From assembly GCA_965287045.1 (NCBI GenBank), contig OZ336892.1:33170001-33234000 (forward strand): a stretch of 64,000 bases of DNA, in the 5' to 3' direction. Below are positions 12,593 to 26,259 of this stretch, piece by piece. Position 1 is the first letter of the stretch. Each line of letters starts with the position of its first letter. Position numbers and translations under genes: made by a program. The notes under the pieces were generated by a model that saw only the letters and a list, made by a program, of their open reading frames with translations, did not search any database and had not been told where the DNA came from. This DNA is from Carcharhinus amblyrhynchos. Its lineage: Eukaryota.

Positions 12593-13401
12593 GATTAGGA
12601 ATAAACAGATCATCCTCACATTGACAGCCTGTGACTAGCGGAGCGCTGCAAGGGCTAGTATTTGGACCGTAGCTATTCACAATGCATATCAATGATTTGG
12701 ATGTGGGGACCAAATGTACTATTTCCAAGTTTGCAGATGATACAAAACTAAGTGGCAATGTGTGTTGCAAGGAAGGTGTAAAGCGATTTCAAGAGGATTT
12801 AGACAGAGTTAGTGAGTGGACAAAAATGTGCAGGTGGAATATAATGTAGAAGAATATGAAGTTATCCACTTTAGTATGTGGAACAAATGTGTAGAGTATT
12901 TCTTAAATGGTGAGAAATTAGGAATTGTAAATCCACAAAGGGAGCTGGGTGTCCTCATAAATAAGGCACTGAAAGTTAACTTGCAATTGCATAAAGCAAT
13001 TAGAAAGGCTAAATTATCCTTAATCAGAAGAGGATTTGAGTTTAGGAATTGGGGTGTCTTGCTTCAATTGTATAGAATCTTGGTTAGGCTGAACATGAGG
13101 TACTATGTGTAGCTTTGGTGCCTCTATCTTAGGAAGAATATTATTTTCACAGAGGAAATGCAACAAAGATTCACCAGCTTTGTTTCTGGGATGATGGGAC
13201 TATCCTATGAAGAGAGATTGGGAAACTGGGGCTGTATTCTGAAAGGTGATCTAATTGAAACCTACAAAATATTTAACAGGAATAGACAGGGTAGATGCAG
13301 GTAAGATGTTCTGCTGGCTGAGGCATCTAGAACCAAGGGGCACAATTTCAAAATAAGGGGAATGCCACTTAGAACCAAGATGTGGAGAAATTGTTTTAAT
13401 G

Positions 13402-13748
13402 ATAGAATCGATCATAGAATCCCTACAGTGCAGAACAGGACGTTCGGCTCTCTGACAGAATATCTTACCCAGGCTCTTTCCCCCATCCTATCCCCCTTTC
13501 TCCACACATTTACCATGGCTAATCCATCTAGCCTACGCATCTTGGGGCACTATGGGGCAACTTAGCATGGCCAGTCCACCTAACCTGCACATCTTTGGAC
13601 TGTGGGAAGAAACTGGAACACCCAGAGGAAACCCACGCAGACATGGGGAGAATGTGCAAACTCCATACAATTACCCAAGGTCGGAATTGAACCCAGGTCC
13701 CTGGAGCTATGAGACAGCAGTGCTAACAACTGTGCCACCGAGCTGCCC
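13402..13748 (-). mobile_element. V-SINE nested in CR1
   Basis: Reverse-strand head, V-domain and tail; the CR1 resumes at FTQRVV after it. Confidence 0.85.
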
Positions 13749-13902
13749 TAGAGGGTTACTCAGAGGGTTGTGAAACTTTGAACTTCTCTACCTCAGAGGG
13801 CTGTGGAAAGCCTGTCACTGAGTATGTTTAAAATAGAGATTAATAGATTTCTAAATACCAATGGCATAAAGTGATATGGGAATAGTGCGGGGAAAAGGAC
13901 AA

Positions 13903-14030
13903 TGGGTGGAATTTTACAGCCTCGCTTGTTCCAAAACTGCAAAATCCCACCCCAGGTCAACGGACCTTTCCGTTTTCCGCCTCTCACCTGCTCTGATTCG
14001 TGTGGTGGATGGGGCAGTAAAATTCCAGCC
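13903..14030. mobile_element. MITE-like element of about 125 bp
   Basis: Terminal inverted repeats ggaattttac / gtaaaattcc; relatives at about 26702-26828 and 35436-35555, and a similar-sized element at about 25101-25232. Confidence 0.6.
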
Positions 14031-15559
14031 ATTGAAGTTAATGATCAGCCATGATTGTATTGAATGTGGAGCACGCTTGATGGGCTGAATGGCCTACTCC
14101 TGTCCCTATACCCTATGTTGACATGAATGCCACATGTCACTTTCACCCAAGCCTGAATGTTGTCCAGGTCTTGCTGAAGAGCTATGTACCACCAAGTGCT
14201 TTCAGGTTTACCAAAATCATCCTTCATCTCCATTCATAAACTTCTAATTCTCACTTCCTGCATTACATTATTCAAGACTCTTCGCTCTCACTCTGCAACT
14301 ATCTCTCACTTTCAAATTCTCCTTAAGATTCCTTTAATTCTTCCAGACTCATTTCATTTTCTCTCTTTCATGGATTCCTCACTTGCTATTCAACCTGCAA
14401 AGCTTTTGGGGACAACTCTTCACTACATAATAAACATCAACAAAATGTAAGTTCCTTTGGAAAAATAATAATTGAATTGGAATTTTGTGGTTTAAAATTT
14501 TAAAAATAGCCAACCAGAAGCTGCTTGCATCTTTTCCAGAAAGCCACTATGGCCAGACCGTCACCTTTGACACAAGACTGAGAGCCATACAGGAGAGGAA
14601 CCAAACTGCGAGGCTTGAGACAAGAATTGAGGGAAATTGAATTATGGCATGTTATTGCTGAAGGAACTATCCGTGGAGCCACAATAAGGACAAGTAGAGA
14701 CCAGCTTTGCCATCTGTTGAGATATGCTTAATGGAAAACAAAAGATCCTACCAAATCAATTCCCTCAAAGGTATGGGCTCCAATGAGATTGGAGCACAGA
14801 TCCCAGGATGGAGGAGGTTAGTCCAATCCAGTAAGTGGAGAGTAGTTATTAATGGTAGTCATGCTGCTCAGAGACCAGCTCTGGTGGAGTCCTGTATGGG
14901 TTAGTGTTAAGAATGTTTTTCTTTGTGACCAATAGTAATGATATGGATGAAAGTGCTGGGGGAGCTGTCAGCAAGTTTGAAGATGACATACCAAACATGA
15001 GCACCATTCTCATGTCACATCCTAACTTGTGCACAAACAACAACTACTCACGCTGCTGCTGTCTCGCCATCACACAATCTTTACATTCAACACTTCCTCA
15101 TTCTTATTCCTTCTTGTTTCTGTTGTGCTTCTCACGAGAAATGGGAACGATAGTAGGCCACCAGGCCCTTCAAGCCTGCCCGGCCATTCAATACGATCAT
15201 GGCTGATCTATGTCTCAACTCCTTTTCTGTGCCATTTCCCCGTAGCCCTCTATTCCTCGACCAATCAAATATTTATCCACCTGCACTTTATGTACTTCTA
15301 ATGATCGGCCTCTTCTCCACTCCTGATCATCAGCCCCTTCTCAATAATGACATACTAATGTATTAAAAAGGCATGTTTCACACCACTCCACCATCGAGGG
15401 GCTGGTAAGATTTGAACTCAGAAACTCATCAGCGCGCATCGCATTCTCCGGATTTTGAGCACGTGCCACCATTCCCACAGATGGAGAGTGTGGGCTCAAA
15501 ATTGCTCCCAACGTGTCTGATAATAGAACAGTTTTCACAAGTGCTGCGTTTCAGAACTT

Positions 15560-16270
15560 CACTGCCTTCATTGGTATCAAGCACATTAGGACTGTGCCTT
15601 ACCACCAGGAATCCAACAAGTTAGCTGACCCTTAGGTTTGGTCTAAAGAAGCAGTCAGACCCTGGAGACCAGAATCTCATGCTTCCTTCTGGCTTATAGG
15701 ACAACTCCACGTGCAACAGCAGAAGTCCTGTCAGCAGAGCTGAACCATTGTCTCAGACCGGGACTGAGCCTCAATTTGGGGATGGTAGAGGCAAGCCAAA
15801 GTAATCAGAAAACAAGCCATGATTCATGTCAGTCAACATTGTCATTTTCATGAAAGTTGTTTGCATGAAGCCATGTGGGTGAGGAATTTTATAAGTGGGT
15901 CAAGCTGGGTCTCTGGTGTCATTGTAACTAAAACTGGACCCCTGTCTTAACAAGTGGATGGAGAAGGGAGTATCATCTGGAGACACATAGGCCATTTGAG
16001 AGAGTTCAAGGATGTTCCAGCAGTCTGTACTGCCGTCAAGAGCTATATTGCCATCTGGGAATGTTGTTGACTATCCAAGCACTGAAGTACGTGGTCTCCT
16101 GTGTCAGGCACAACCGGCATCTCCATGGAAACAGATAGAACTGAACAGCCTGTGCCTGAAGAAGCATCTGTCATTGTGGTTTCAGCTAACAACAATCTAG
16201 TGGAAGTGTCCCAGGCAGGAGAGGTATACCACTCTACAAGGATTAAGGAAACCCCTGAAAGAATTAATTT
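15560..16270 (+). mobile_element. Gypsy integrase C-terminal relic
   Basis: WVRNFISGSSWVSGVIVTKTGPLS..IWRHIGHL-like sequence typical of Gypsy pol C-termini; many stops. Confidence 0.6.
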
Positions 16271-17134
16271 GATATTGAAGGGTTTGTGAAATAACTTCCA
16301 CAAGATCGGTGTCCTTTCACCAAATCCAGATTTATTTACAATAGTTAATAATACTCAGCCAGGTACTTTCCAGTACAGGGTATACACCCTGAGTACCAGT
16401 AACCTGGATACTCCACATTATATACCTCTACAGGGCTCACAGACTGGATAGCATTAACTGCCTCAATTAGGGAGCCCATAAACTATCAGGTCCACCTCAT
16501 GGACCTTGTTAAAGTCATTATAGTTTGAAGGGTTTGAAGGTCTGTAGCGAGCAGGCCGGTAGGTAGAGTTGAGGCTAAGATGAAATCAGGCATGATTATA
16601 TTAAATGGTGGAGTAGGCTTGAGGTGCTGAATTACCTCTTTCTCCTAGTTCTTGTGTTTCTTATGACTAAATTCATGTACTAAATGTTTAATTATCTTGG
16701 ACTGTGTAAATGGAGTATTGACATATGTATTAAGGACTTGGAGGTGGAAAGATGTGGTGATTGTCCCTTCAAGGATCCATCTGCAGCATAAGCATCACAT
16801 GATCCAAGGAAGCAATCAGACAGCAGGGTGGAGGAGCACCCTGGTTGGCTCAGGTTTCTGTTCCAGAATCTTCTCAGAAGTTGACTGGCAGCCATGAGGT
16901 TGTAAACCTCTACATTAGAGTCAATGAACATTGCAGTTGTTATTTACCTAACTGGTAAACATAAATTATTGACTGAACTGCTCAGATGACCCCAGAGTGG
17001 CCAATTCAGACACATTGCACCATGAGCGTGATGTTATTCCCATGAAAATGTTTATCCCAAGGATCTAACAATTCCAGTGTGGATCATGCCAAAAATGACA
17101 CTTAGCTATATTTTGGAAGATTTTGTCCTCCGTG

Positions 17135-17565
17135 TAGGTTAGGATTATATTCATTGGAGTTTAGAAGAGTGAGAGAGAATCTCATAGAAACTTATAAAAT
17201 TCTAACAGGGTTAGGCAGATAAGATTCAGAAAGAATGTTCCCAATCTTGGGGGAGTCAGAATTAGGGGTCATAGTTTGAGGATAAGGAGTAAACATTTTA
17301 GAACTGAGGTGAGGAGAGATTTCTTCACCCAGAGGGTGGTGCCTATGTGGAATTCACTACCATTGAAAATAGTCAAGGCCAAAACGTTGTCTGATTTCAA
17401 GAAGAAATTAGATATTGCTCTTGGGGCTAAAGAGATCAAGGGATATGGGAGGAATTGGGGATCAGGATATTGAATTTGATGATCAGCCCATGATCAAGAT
17501 GAATGGTGGAGTAGACTTGAAGGGCCGAATGGCCTGCTCTTGCTTCTATTTTCTATGTTTCTACG
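17135..17565 (+). mobile_element. CR1 LINE 3' end
   Basis: SLEFRRVR..LIETYKIL..FFTQRVV..WNSLP and CR1 tail. Confidence 0.85.
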
Positions 17566-17927
17566 TGTAAGACAAATGGTGATCTAGAGGTGTCTATCTG
17601 TATGTAGAGAAGTATATAATACCAGTGGCAGGGGCAATACACAAAATGAGGCATGCTTCTTGGCTAGCTCAGGACGATAGAGATTAGAATTTCCAGCAGT
17701 AAAACAAGTGGAAAAACTGCTGGCCTCACACAGAGGGTTGTGCAGGTGTTGGAAGACAGGTTAAAGTCTTATCACTATGGTCAAGGATATTAAAAATATG
17801 GTGTCTCTTCATGTGATATCACTATAGCTGGCCTAGAGGGTATGGCTAACTCCAGCCTTCCATGTGGGCATGCTTGTCAGCATTGATGGAAGCTCAAATA
17901 TGTGCAGACTCTAGATGCCACAATACT

Positions 17928-18283
17928 GGCGAGGCGATGGCCTAGTGGTATTACTGCTAGACTATTAATCCAGAAACTCAGTTAATGTTCTGCGGTCCCA
18001 GGTTCAAATCCCACCATGGCAGATGGTGGAATCTGAATTCAATAAAAGATATCTAGAATTCAGGAACTTCTGATGACCATGAAACCATTGTTGATTTTGG
18101 GAAAAACCCATTTGGTTCACTAACGTCCTTCGTTGAAGGAAATCTGCAGTCCTTACCAGATGTGGCCTACATGTGACTCCAGAGCTACAGCTATGTGGTT
18201 GACTTTCAACTGCCCTCAGGCAACTCGGGATATGTAATAAATGCAGGCCAGCAATGTCCATGCCCCACGAATGAATAAATAAA
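17928..18283 (+). mobile_element. Deu-domain tRNA SINE (SacSINE1-like)
   Basis: tRNA head (tggcctagtggta / ggttcaaatccc), Deu core gaaggaaatctgc..tggcctacatgtgactccaga..tgtggttgact, tail aataaatgc..gaatgaataaa. Confidence 0.8.
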
Positions 18284-18802
18284 GAGCGAATAATGGCAAA
18301 TCGAATGGACAGAGGATTTGGAGATCTAAGTGATCTTCTGCAATATTCTCTCGACAGTTTAATGGTGCTGAGGCGCTTTAAACCCAAAAGGGGTGAGAGT
18401 GACACAATGGGAGACATTCATACCCTTCACCCACCCCTCAAACCAATACCCACAACGTTGCCAGCAGCCCAGATAGGCCAGATTGTGTAGCAGCACAAAT
18501 CCCAGTTCAGTGTTGAACATTGGCTGCAAATACCTTTGAAGGTCTGCACACGAAGAAGAGCAGCCATACACCAACTCGTAGGTCATTAAAGCAACATTTA
18601 GTCTATGTTAAGAAAATTTCTTTGAAGAATATCAGGGATTTGAACACTGAGTGGGAAATGAATGGAAAACATTTGTAAGTTTGACACACAGTTGCTTGTA
18701 ATACTTTGGAACTTGATCTTTAGAATGGTTTCATGGCAGCTCCTGAGTCTGCTTGGTCAGAATGTCATTTCTGTAGTCATTTCATCATAATGAAAGAAAG
18801 GT

Positions 18803-19138
18803 TCATAGAAATCATAGAAACCCTACAGTACAGAAAGAGGCCATTCAGCCCATCGAGTCTGCACTGACCACAATCCCACCCAGGCCCTACCCACATATCC
18901 CTACACATTTACTCAATAATCCCTCTAACCTACGCAGCAAAGGACACTAAGGGCAATGTTTTTTTAAGCAAGGCATATCCTTGGATTGTGGGAGGAAACC
19001 AGAGCACCCGGAGGAAACCCACACAGACACAAGGAGAATGTGCAAATTCCACACAGACAGCGACCCAAGCTGGGAATTGAACCCAAGTCCCTGGAGTTAT
19101 GAAGCAGCAGTGCTAACCACTGTGCTACCATGCCGCCC
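18803..19138 (-). mobile_element. V-SINE
   Basis: Near-complete reverse-strand copy with (atagaa)n tail. Confidence 0.85.
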
Positions 19139-19224
19139 CCATTGTATCAATCACTGTTTGTCGAGTAATGACAAAGTGAGTTTTGTAGGCAAGTAACCTA
19201 CTCCCTGAGTCCCTAAATCCCACA

Positions 19225-19690
19225 AGTCCCAAACCAGGAGTGTGATTGAATACTCTTCACTTGCTCAGATGAGTGCAGTTTCAACAACACTCAAGAAAAT
19301 TGACACCATCCAGAACAAAACATCTCACTTTACAGCTACCCTATCCAAAAACAATCATGCCTTCAACTGCCGACAAGCAATGGCAGCCACGTGTATCATC
19401 TACAAGATGCTCTGCAGCAAATCACCAAGAATCTTCCAAGCTACCATTTTGGAAGACAAGGGCAATAGGTACAACTGAACATCACCACCTAGAAGATCCC
19501 CCCCAAGCCACTCATCATCCTGACTTGGAAATATATTGGCCATTCCTTCACTGTCGCTAGACCAAAATCCTGGAACTCCATCCCTAACAGCATTGTGGGA
19601 CTGCAGCAATTCAAGAAGGCAGCTCACCCCCACCTGCTCAGGGGTAATTAGGGGATAGACAATAAATGCTGGCCTAGCCAGCAATGCCCG
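19225..19690 (+). mobile_element. 3' end of the CR1/L2-group LINE that shares its tail with the Deu SINE
   Basis: IEYSSLAQMSAVSTTLKKIDTIQ; tail aataaatgctggcctagccagcaatgccc. Confidence 0.8.
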
Positions 19691-22288
19691 TAAATTATTT
19701 CTTAAAAAGCAGTCAGGGCATGCTCAGAACTACTGAGCTATGAGTTGAACACTGGTGCTTCATATTACAAGGAAATAGAAGTGCTTTTCTGTCATTTATT
19801 TATTTATTAATATATTTGAAGAAAGATTGCACTGATTCTGAGTGGAAACCTGCAGTCCAAATCACATCTTTGTCTTATTTGACTTAAAAGTGTTTTATTG
19901 ACACTGGTTTTGAAAATGGAAATGTATTTTGTTCCTTAGTCTTGGTGATCCTCAATTGAGCAAAAAATAAGTAGACAAGTTCTTTGTTTATTTGTCATGT
20001 TTATTTATTCAACTGTTCTCCAAATGTAGGAATGACCAAAAGGTTCTTGTGGAACTTCCTGTTATTTTTCTTTGTTCCACTCATCACTGAATATGGGAAC
20101 AGGCTAAAATCATTGCTCATGGATGAGCTGTGACCCACACATTGCAGGCAATTGTAATTGGAATTGAAATATGCAAAATGAACTGTCAATTCATTAACAC
20201 AAAGTCAAAATTGCCTGCAAGGGGTTCTCATTCTGTGCCTATAAAAACAAATCTTTCCTTCTGATTATTTATTTTACTTTATCCTCATATAATCATAATT
20301 GACATGACTGTCAATGTGAAGCAAACTAGCTGAACCTGTCAAGCAACTTGACATCTTCCTTACAGGAATCGTCTGAAGCAAGATAAAAATAAATTCTTCC
20401 TTCTGTTCACATGTTCTCTTAAGGAATGTAACATGTTGGGAATTAACTATTTTACCATCATTAATATCCTTTTGGTTGTGTGAGACACTACTTAAAGTTT
20501 TGTAGCATTGCTAGGTGTCGCTTGGCAGGAATTTGTTCTGTGCCTCAGTTGTCTTGGAAGGAAAATCAAAACTCATTTTGCACATAGTAAAGCAACGCAA
20601 ATGGTGAAGAGTAGAGAAATGGCCATTTCGTGGTCTGGATTAACATAGGAAAACATATGTGAGGATCGTACTGCAGGGTTTACTTGAACCATTTCAGAGC
20701 AATGCAGCTAGCACATAAAATTATTGCAGCATGGTCATTTCCATGACTGCTGTGTGCATCCAGCTCCACCTAAGATATTCTTTGACTGGAGAGTCCTAAT
20801 GCTCAGGAGCCACAATATTGGTTTTAAAAAGCCAACGGATCTTAAAGGGAAATTACATTCTGTCTGGAAGGATAGTTGATTTGATTTATTTATTATTGTC
20901 ACATGCATTTGTCTACAGTGAAAGTACTTTTTCTTGTGCACTATCCAGACAAAGCATACCATTCATAGAGTACATAAGGAAGAAGGAAAGGAGGGTAGAA
21001 TGTAGCGTTATAAGGATAGAACGCAGAATGTAATGTTGTGGTAGCTAATAATGAAATGGCTGAAACAAGGAGAGGGGGCAGTGAGATTCTCTGTTGTCAT
21101 ACTGGAGCCCTTGATGCAGAAAGTAGAGTAGATGAGAATTGTCCTCTTTTCCTCAGAACTTCGGGAATGAGGAGAAGCCAGTCTGCTGAAGAGCAGGTTT
21201 GTATACAAGTTCAGCTGCAGAGGAATCAAATACGAACTTTAGCGGACCAATGTGCCAAAGACAAATAATAGGTGGTTACCAGGAAATCACATGACTCCAG
21301 CACTCTATTTTCCAGCAGAGTAGTAGGGGTACTGTGGCACAATCTCAGGAGCTTGGTCTTAGCGCCCTGAGAAAGAAACATTCCTAGAATGCTTGCGTGT
21401 CTGCTCCCCCACCAGCCATTCCATTATTGCATTTCTTGATGTGATTCAGCCAGCTTTCCCAGGCTGCCTCAGCTAAGATCTAGAGCTGCTCAAGGTGTTC
21501 TCCCAAATCTATTAGAGAACATTTCATAGGAGAATCATAACAGGCAAAGGGACAGAAAAGATAAACAGTAAATGGAATGGGCAAAGGTGAACAGTAATCT
21601 TTCGTTTGCAAATTATTACGTTATCTCTTTGATAAATTTGGTTTTGTCTCTGGATGTAGCATTGACATTTATTTTTGTGATAAAGGGTGAAATCAAGGTG
21701 TGCAGTGAAGGAGATCAATGTGATGGAGGTTGTAAAAGGAGAGGAAAGGATTTCTGAAACTGTTTTAGAATCCAGAGAATTCTGGAAGATCACAACAATG
21801 CATCCACTCCAGGCACCTCCTCTAAAACCCGACACCATCAGCTCTGGGGGATGTGTTAGCTATTGGTCCATTGACTTCCCCAGTACATTTTCATTATTAA
21901 ATAGTAATGACTTTAAGTTTCTCAAACTCACTAGGCTCTTGGCTCCACACCATTTCTGATTTGTGTTTGTAACTACTGCCTGCCTTGGTCACTGTCTCTC
22001 CTCCTCCACTTCCTGTTGCATACATGGATTTGTTGGTCATGGGTTTGAAAGCTAAAATATGAATATTCAAAATGAATACACAGAATCATAGAATGATCCA
22101 GCCACTGGAAGTTACTATTTGGCCCATAGGGTCTGTGCTAGGTCTTTCATAAGTTAGTCTCAATCACTCAATCTTTCCTCAAATCCCTACTATTTTTCTC
22201 CTTATCCAATGCTTTGTGAAACCTGTTATTGAATTTCTGTTCTCCACTTCTTGGCATAGCATTTCAAAGCCTAACTACTTGTCACATT

Positions 22289-24496
22289 GAGGGGAGTATG
22301 ATCAGATGAGGGCGGAATTGGCGAATGTAGATTGGGGGTGCAGATTGGTTGGTAGGACGGCTGAGGAACAGTGGAGGATTTTTAAGGAGATCTTTTTCGG
22401 TACTCAGCAGAAATATATTCCAATGGTAAAGAAGGACTGTAAGAAAAGGGATAACCAGCTGTGGTTATCGAAGGAAATAAAGGAGAGTATTAAATTAAAA
22501 GCTGATGCGTTCAGAGCGGCTGAAAATAGTGGGGAATTAGAAGATTGGGAAAGATTTAAAAAACAACAAAGAATGACTAAGAAAGCGATAAAGAAAGGAA
22601 AGATAGAGTACGAAGCTAAACTAGCTTTAAGTATAAAAAATGATAGTAAAAGTTTTTACAAATATATAAAGAAGAAGAGACTGGCTAGAGTGAATGTTGG
22701 ACCCTTGGAGGACGAGAGGGTGGGATTTAACAGTGGGTAACGAGGAAATGGCTGAGGCTTTAAATACGTTTTTTGTGTCGGTCTTCATGGAAGAGGACAC
22801 AAATAGTTTGCCGAATATTAAAGATAGAAGGATGGTAGGAGATGAAGTCCTTAATGCAATTACTGTCACTAGAGAGGTAGTGCTTCATAGACTAATGGGA
22901 CTGAAGGTAGACAAGTCCCCGGGACTGGATGGAATACATCCTAGGGTTCTGAAAGAAATGGCAGAGGTGATAGCAGATGCCTTAGTAATTATTTATCAAA
23001 ATTTGCTGGACTCTGGGGAAGTGCCGGAAGATTGGAAAATAGCTAATGTTATGCTGCTGTTTAAAAAAGGTAACAGACAAAAGGCAGGGAATTATGGGCT
23101 GGTTAGCATAACGTCCGTAGTTGGAAAAATGCTAAAATCCATCATCAAAGAAGAAATAGCAAGACACTTAGAAGAGAACAGTTTGATCAAGCAGACACTG
23201 CATGGATTCATGAAGGGGAAGTCGTGTTTAACGAATTTATTGGATTTCTATGAGGATGTGACTAGTGCGGTGGACAGAGGGGAACCGGTGGATGTGGTGT
23301 TTTTAGATTTCCAGAAGGCGTTCGATAAAGTGCCTCACAAGAGGTTGCTTCAGAAGGTTAGGGTGCACGGAGTTGGGGGTAAGGTGTTAGCGTGGATTGA
23401 GGATTGGTTATCTAACAGGAAGCAGACAGTTGGAATCAATGGGTGCTTTTCTGATTGGCAGTTGGTGATTAGTGGAATGCCGCAGGGATCAGTGCTGGGG
23501 CCTCAACTGTTTACCATTTATATAGATGATCTGGAGGAGGGGGCTGAGTGTAGGGTAACAAAATTTGCTGATGAGACGAAGATGAGTGGAAAAGTGAATT
23601 GCGTGGAGGGTGTGGAAAGTCTGCAGAGAGATCTGGATAGGCTGTGAGTGGGCAAGGACCTGGCAGATGGAGTATAACATTAGCAAATGTGAGGTTATCC
23701 ACTTTGGTAGAAATAATAGTAGGAAGGATAATTATTTAAAGGGTGAAAAGCTGCAGCATGCTTCAGTGCAGAGGGACCTGGGGGTCCTTGTGCACAAATC
23801 GCAAAAACCCAGTCTGCAGGTGCAACAGGTGATCAAGAAAGCAAATAGAATGCTGGCCTTTATACCGAGGGGGATAGAATATAAAAGCAGAGAGGTCTTG
23901 CTGCAACTGTACGGGGCACTGGTGAGGCCGCAACTGGAGTACTGTGTGCAGTTTTGGTCCCCGTATTTGCGAAAGAATATATTGGCCTTGGAGGGAGTAC
24001 AGAGAAGGTTCAATAGGCTGATACTGGAGATGAGGGGGTTAGCTTATGAGGAGAGATTGAATAGACTGTGCCTGTACTCGTTAGAGTTTAGAAGGCTGAG
24101 GGGGGATCTTATAGAGACTTACAAGATAATGAAGGGGCTAGATAGGGTAGAGGTAGAGAGATTCTTCCGGCTTAGAAAGGATAGCAGAACTAGGGGGCAC
24201 AGCCTCAAAATAAGGGGGGGGCGCAGTTTAGAACAGAGTCAAGCAGGAACTTCTTCAGTCAAAGGGTGGTGAATCTCTGGAATTCTCTGCCCGTTGAAGT
24301 GGTGGAGGCTACCTCATTGAATATATTTAAGTCACGGGTAGATAGATTTCTGATAGACAAGGGAATTAAGGGTTATGGGGAGAAAGCAGGAAAGTGGACT
24401 GATCCACTTCAGATCAGCCATGATCTTATTGAATGGCGGGGCAGGCTCGAAGGGCTAGATGGCCTACTCCTGCTCCTATTTCTTATGTTATTATGT
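22289..24496 (+). mobile_element. Young 5'-truncated CR1 LINE ORF2 (RT), frameshifted
   Basis: KSPGLDGIHPRVLKE, HGFMKGKSCLTNL, LDFQKAFDKVPH, SGMPQGSVLGP, KFADETK; split over four track ORFs; possible TSD tcacat at 22282-22287 and 24497-24502. Confidence 0.95.
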
Positions 24497-24814
24497 TCAC
24501 ATACTAACATTTTTCTTTCTCACCTTTGGCTCTTTTACCAATCACTTCAAATCTAAGCCTTCTAATTATTGACCCCTCTGCCACTGGAAATAAATGATTT
24601 TCTTTATTGTATCTATATTAATAATGATTTTAAACACTTCTGTCATCTCTCCTCTTACACTTTTGTGGTCTTCATAGAACTATCACAGCTTCAACAGAAT
24701 TGTCATCTCTTATCTCTGATCAGTGCCATTCTAGTAGGTCTTTTCTGTACACTCTCCAAATCTTTACGTCCTCCCAAAATGTTGGCGTCCAGAACTGGAT
24801 TTTGTATCTGGGAT

Positions 24815-25784
24815 TGAACTAGCCTAGCTCTGCATTCAATAAGATCATAACTGATCTACTTGTGTTGAGTTCCACATTCCATCTACCCCGAGTAAAGAAT
24901 CTTTCTACCTCCACCTTAAAAATATTCAATATTCTGACCTTCACCATCTTCTGAGATAGCGAATTCCAAAGTCACACAACCCCTGAGAGAAAAGATTTCT
25001 CCACACCCCTGTTCTATAAAGGTCACCCCTAATTTTAAAACAGTGCCCATTCTTTCTGGGAGGAAACATCCTTTCAATGTCCACCTTGTCAATACTATTA
25101 AGGGGCTGGGATTCTCCAGCCGTTCACACCTCACTGTCAATGAGAAAGGAGAGTTTGGCACTCAGTCAAATTTCCATTTACTACAGTGAGACCAGAGAAT
25201 CCCAGCTGTCAGCAAGTTTGGAGAATTTTGGTCAAGATCTTACATACTTCAATCAACACCTCACCCTTCTAAATTCCAACCTGTCCAGCCTTTCCTCATA
25301 AGATAACCCACTCATTCCAGGTATCAGTCTAGTAACCTTTTATTTGGGATAACATTCAGGCCTTTATACTCTCTGCCTCTATTTATAAAGTGCAGGATCC
25401 CAAAAGCTTTAAGAATGACCTTGCTAAGCATCCTGTTACTTTAAAATCTGGACACAAACTTTGAAGTTTTACCATTGAGTTTGCACTGTCAGTTCTCATT
25501 CTTCCTACCAAAATGAATCACCTCACATCGAATTCCACTTAGAGTATCTGTTCATTCTAGAAGCATGCATCCTCTTGAAGTCTATAATTATCTTTCTCAA
25601 TGTATACTACATTTAAAGTTTGGTGTAATTGAGAAAACTTGTGCCTAGTACCGCCCCCCCGCAACCCCCACCCAAGTATAAGTCATTAATGTATATAATG
25701 ATCAGTAAAGATCGTAGTACTGAACCCTGTGGAGCATTGCTGGGAACTTTTCCCATTGGCTCCATCCTCACTCCCCCCACCCCC

Positions 25785-25824
<40 letters not shown>

Positions 25825-25970
25825 TCATCCAGTGTGAAAAATAACCATTGACTACAAATTTACATTTTATTCCGTGGTTTCTAATGCCCTCTTTTAAACC
25901 ACAAGCTTCGAATTTGCTAATAAACCTATTATTTGGTACTTTATCAAAGACCTTCTAAAAGTCCACCCTT
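24815..25970 (-). mobile_element. Old CR1 fragments
   Basis: SNAPQGSVL..IIYINDL RT remnant and CR1 3' region on the minus strand. Confidence 0.6.
25786..25824. repeat. (CA)n microsatellite
   Basis: About 19 CA units with one interruption. Confidence 0.95.
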
Positions 25971-26259
25971 AAAGCTGCTCTTTGATGTTATCTAGATACT
26001 GTAACAAGCTAAAGCTTTGTATTGTGTTAGAGGTACTGAGTTTCAAGGTCACTGCTACAAAATCTGAATCATTGCAATGGTGAAAGCCCAGCAATATTGA
26101 ATTTTTAAAAAACTAAAAACATTTCTTCTTTTCTGTTTCTGTTCTGTTGGAAACAAGACAGCAGATTCACAAGATCCTTGCTGTATTGCCAGTGATAGTT
26201 GATTCACAGCTACTGGCAACTTCAAAGAAGCTAAATATTTCTAGTTCTTCTTTCCTATG

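Larger units (their letters stand above)
12620..14115 (+). mobile_element. Degraded CR1 ORF2 3' half, interrupted by a SINE and a MITE
   Basis: SGALQGLVFGP / ISKFADDTKL RT motifs and CR1 tail. Confidence 0.85.

Noticed and set aside
17928-18020. tRNA gene
   Set aside because: The A/B boxes belong to a SINE head continuing into the Deu body; the same applies to the V-SINE heads.
22694-23647. 317-aa ORF as a host gene or active reverse transcriptase
   Set aside because: It is part of a 5'-truncated, frameshifted CR1 without an endonuclease domain.
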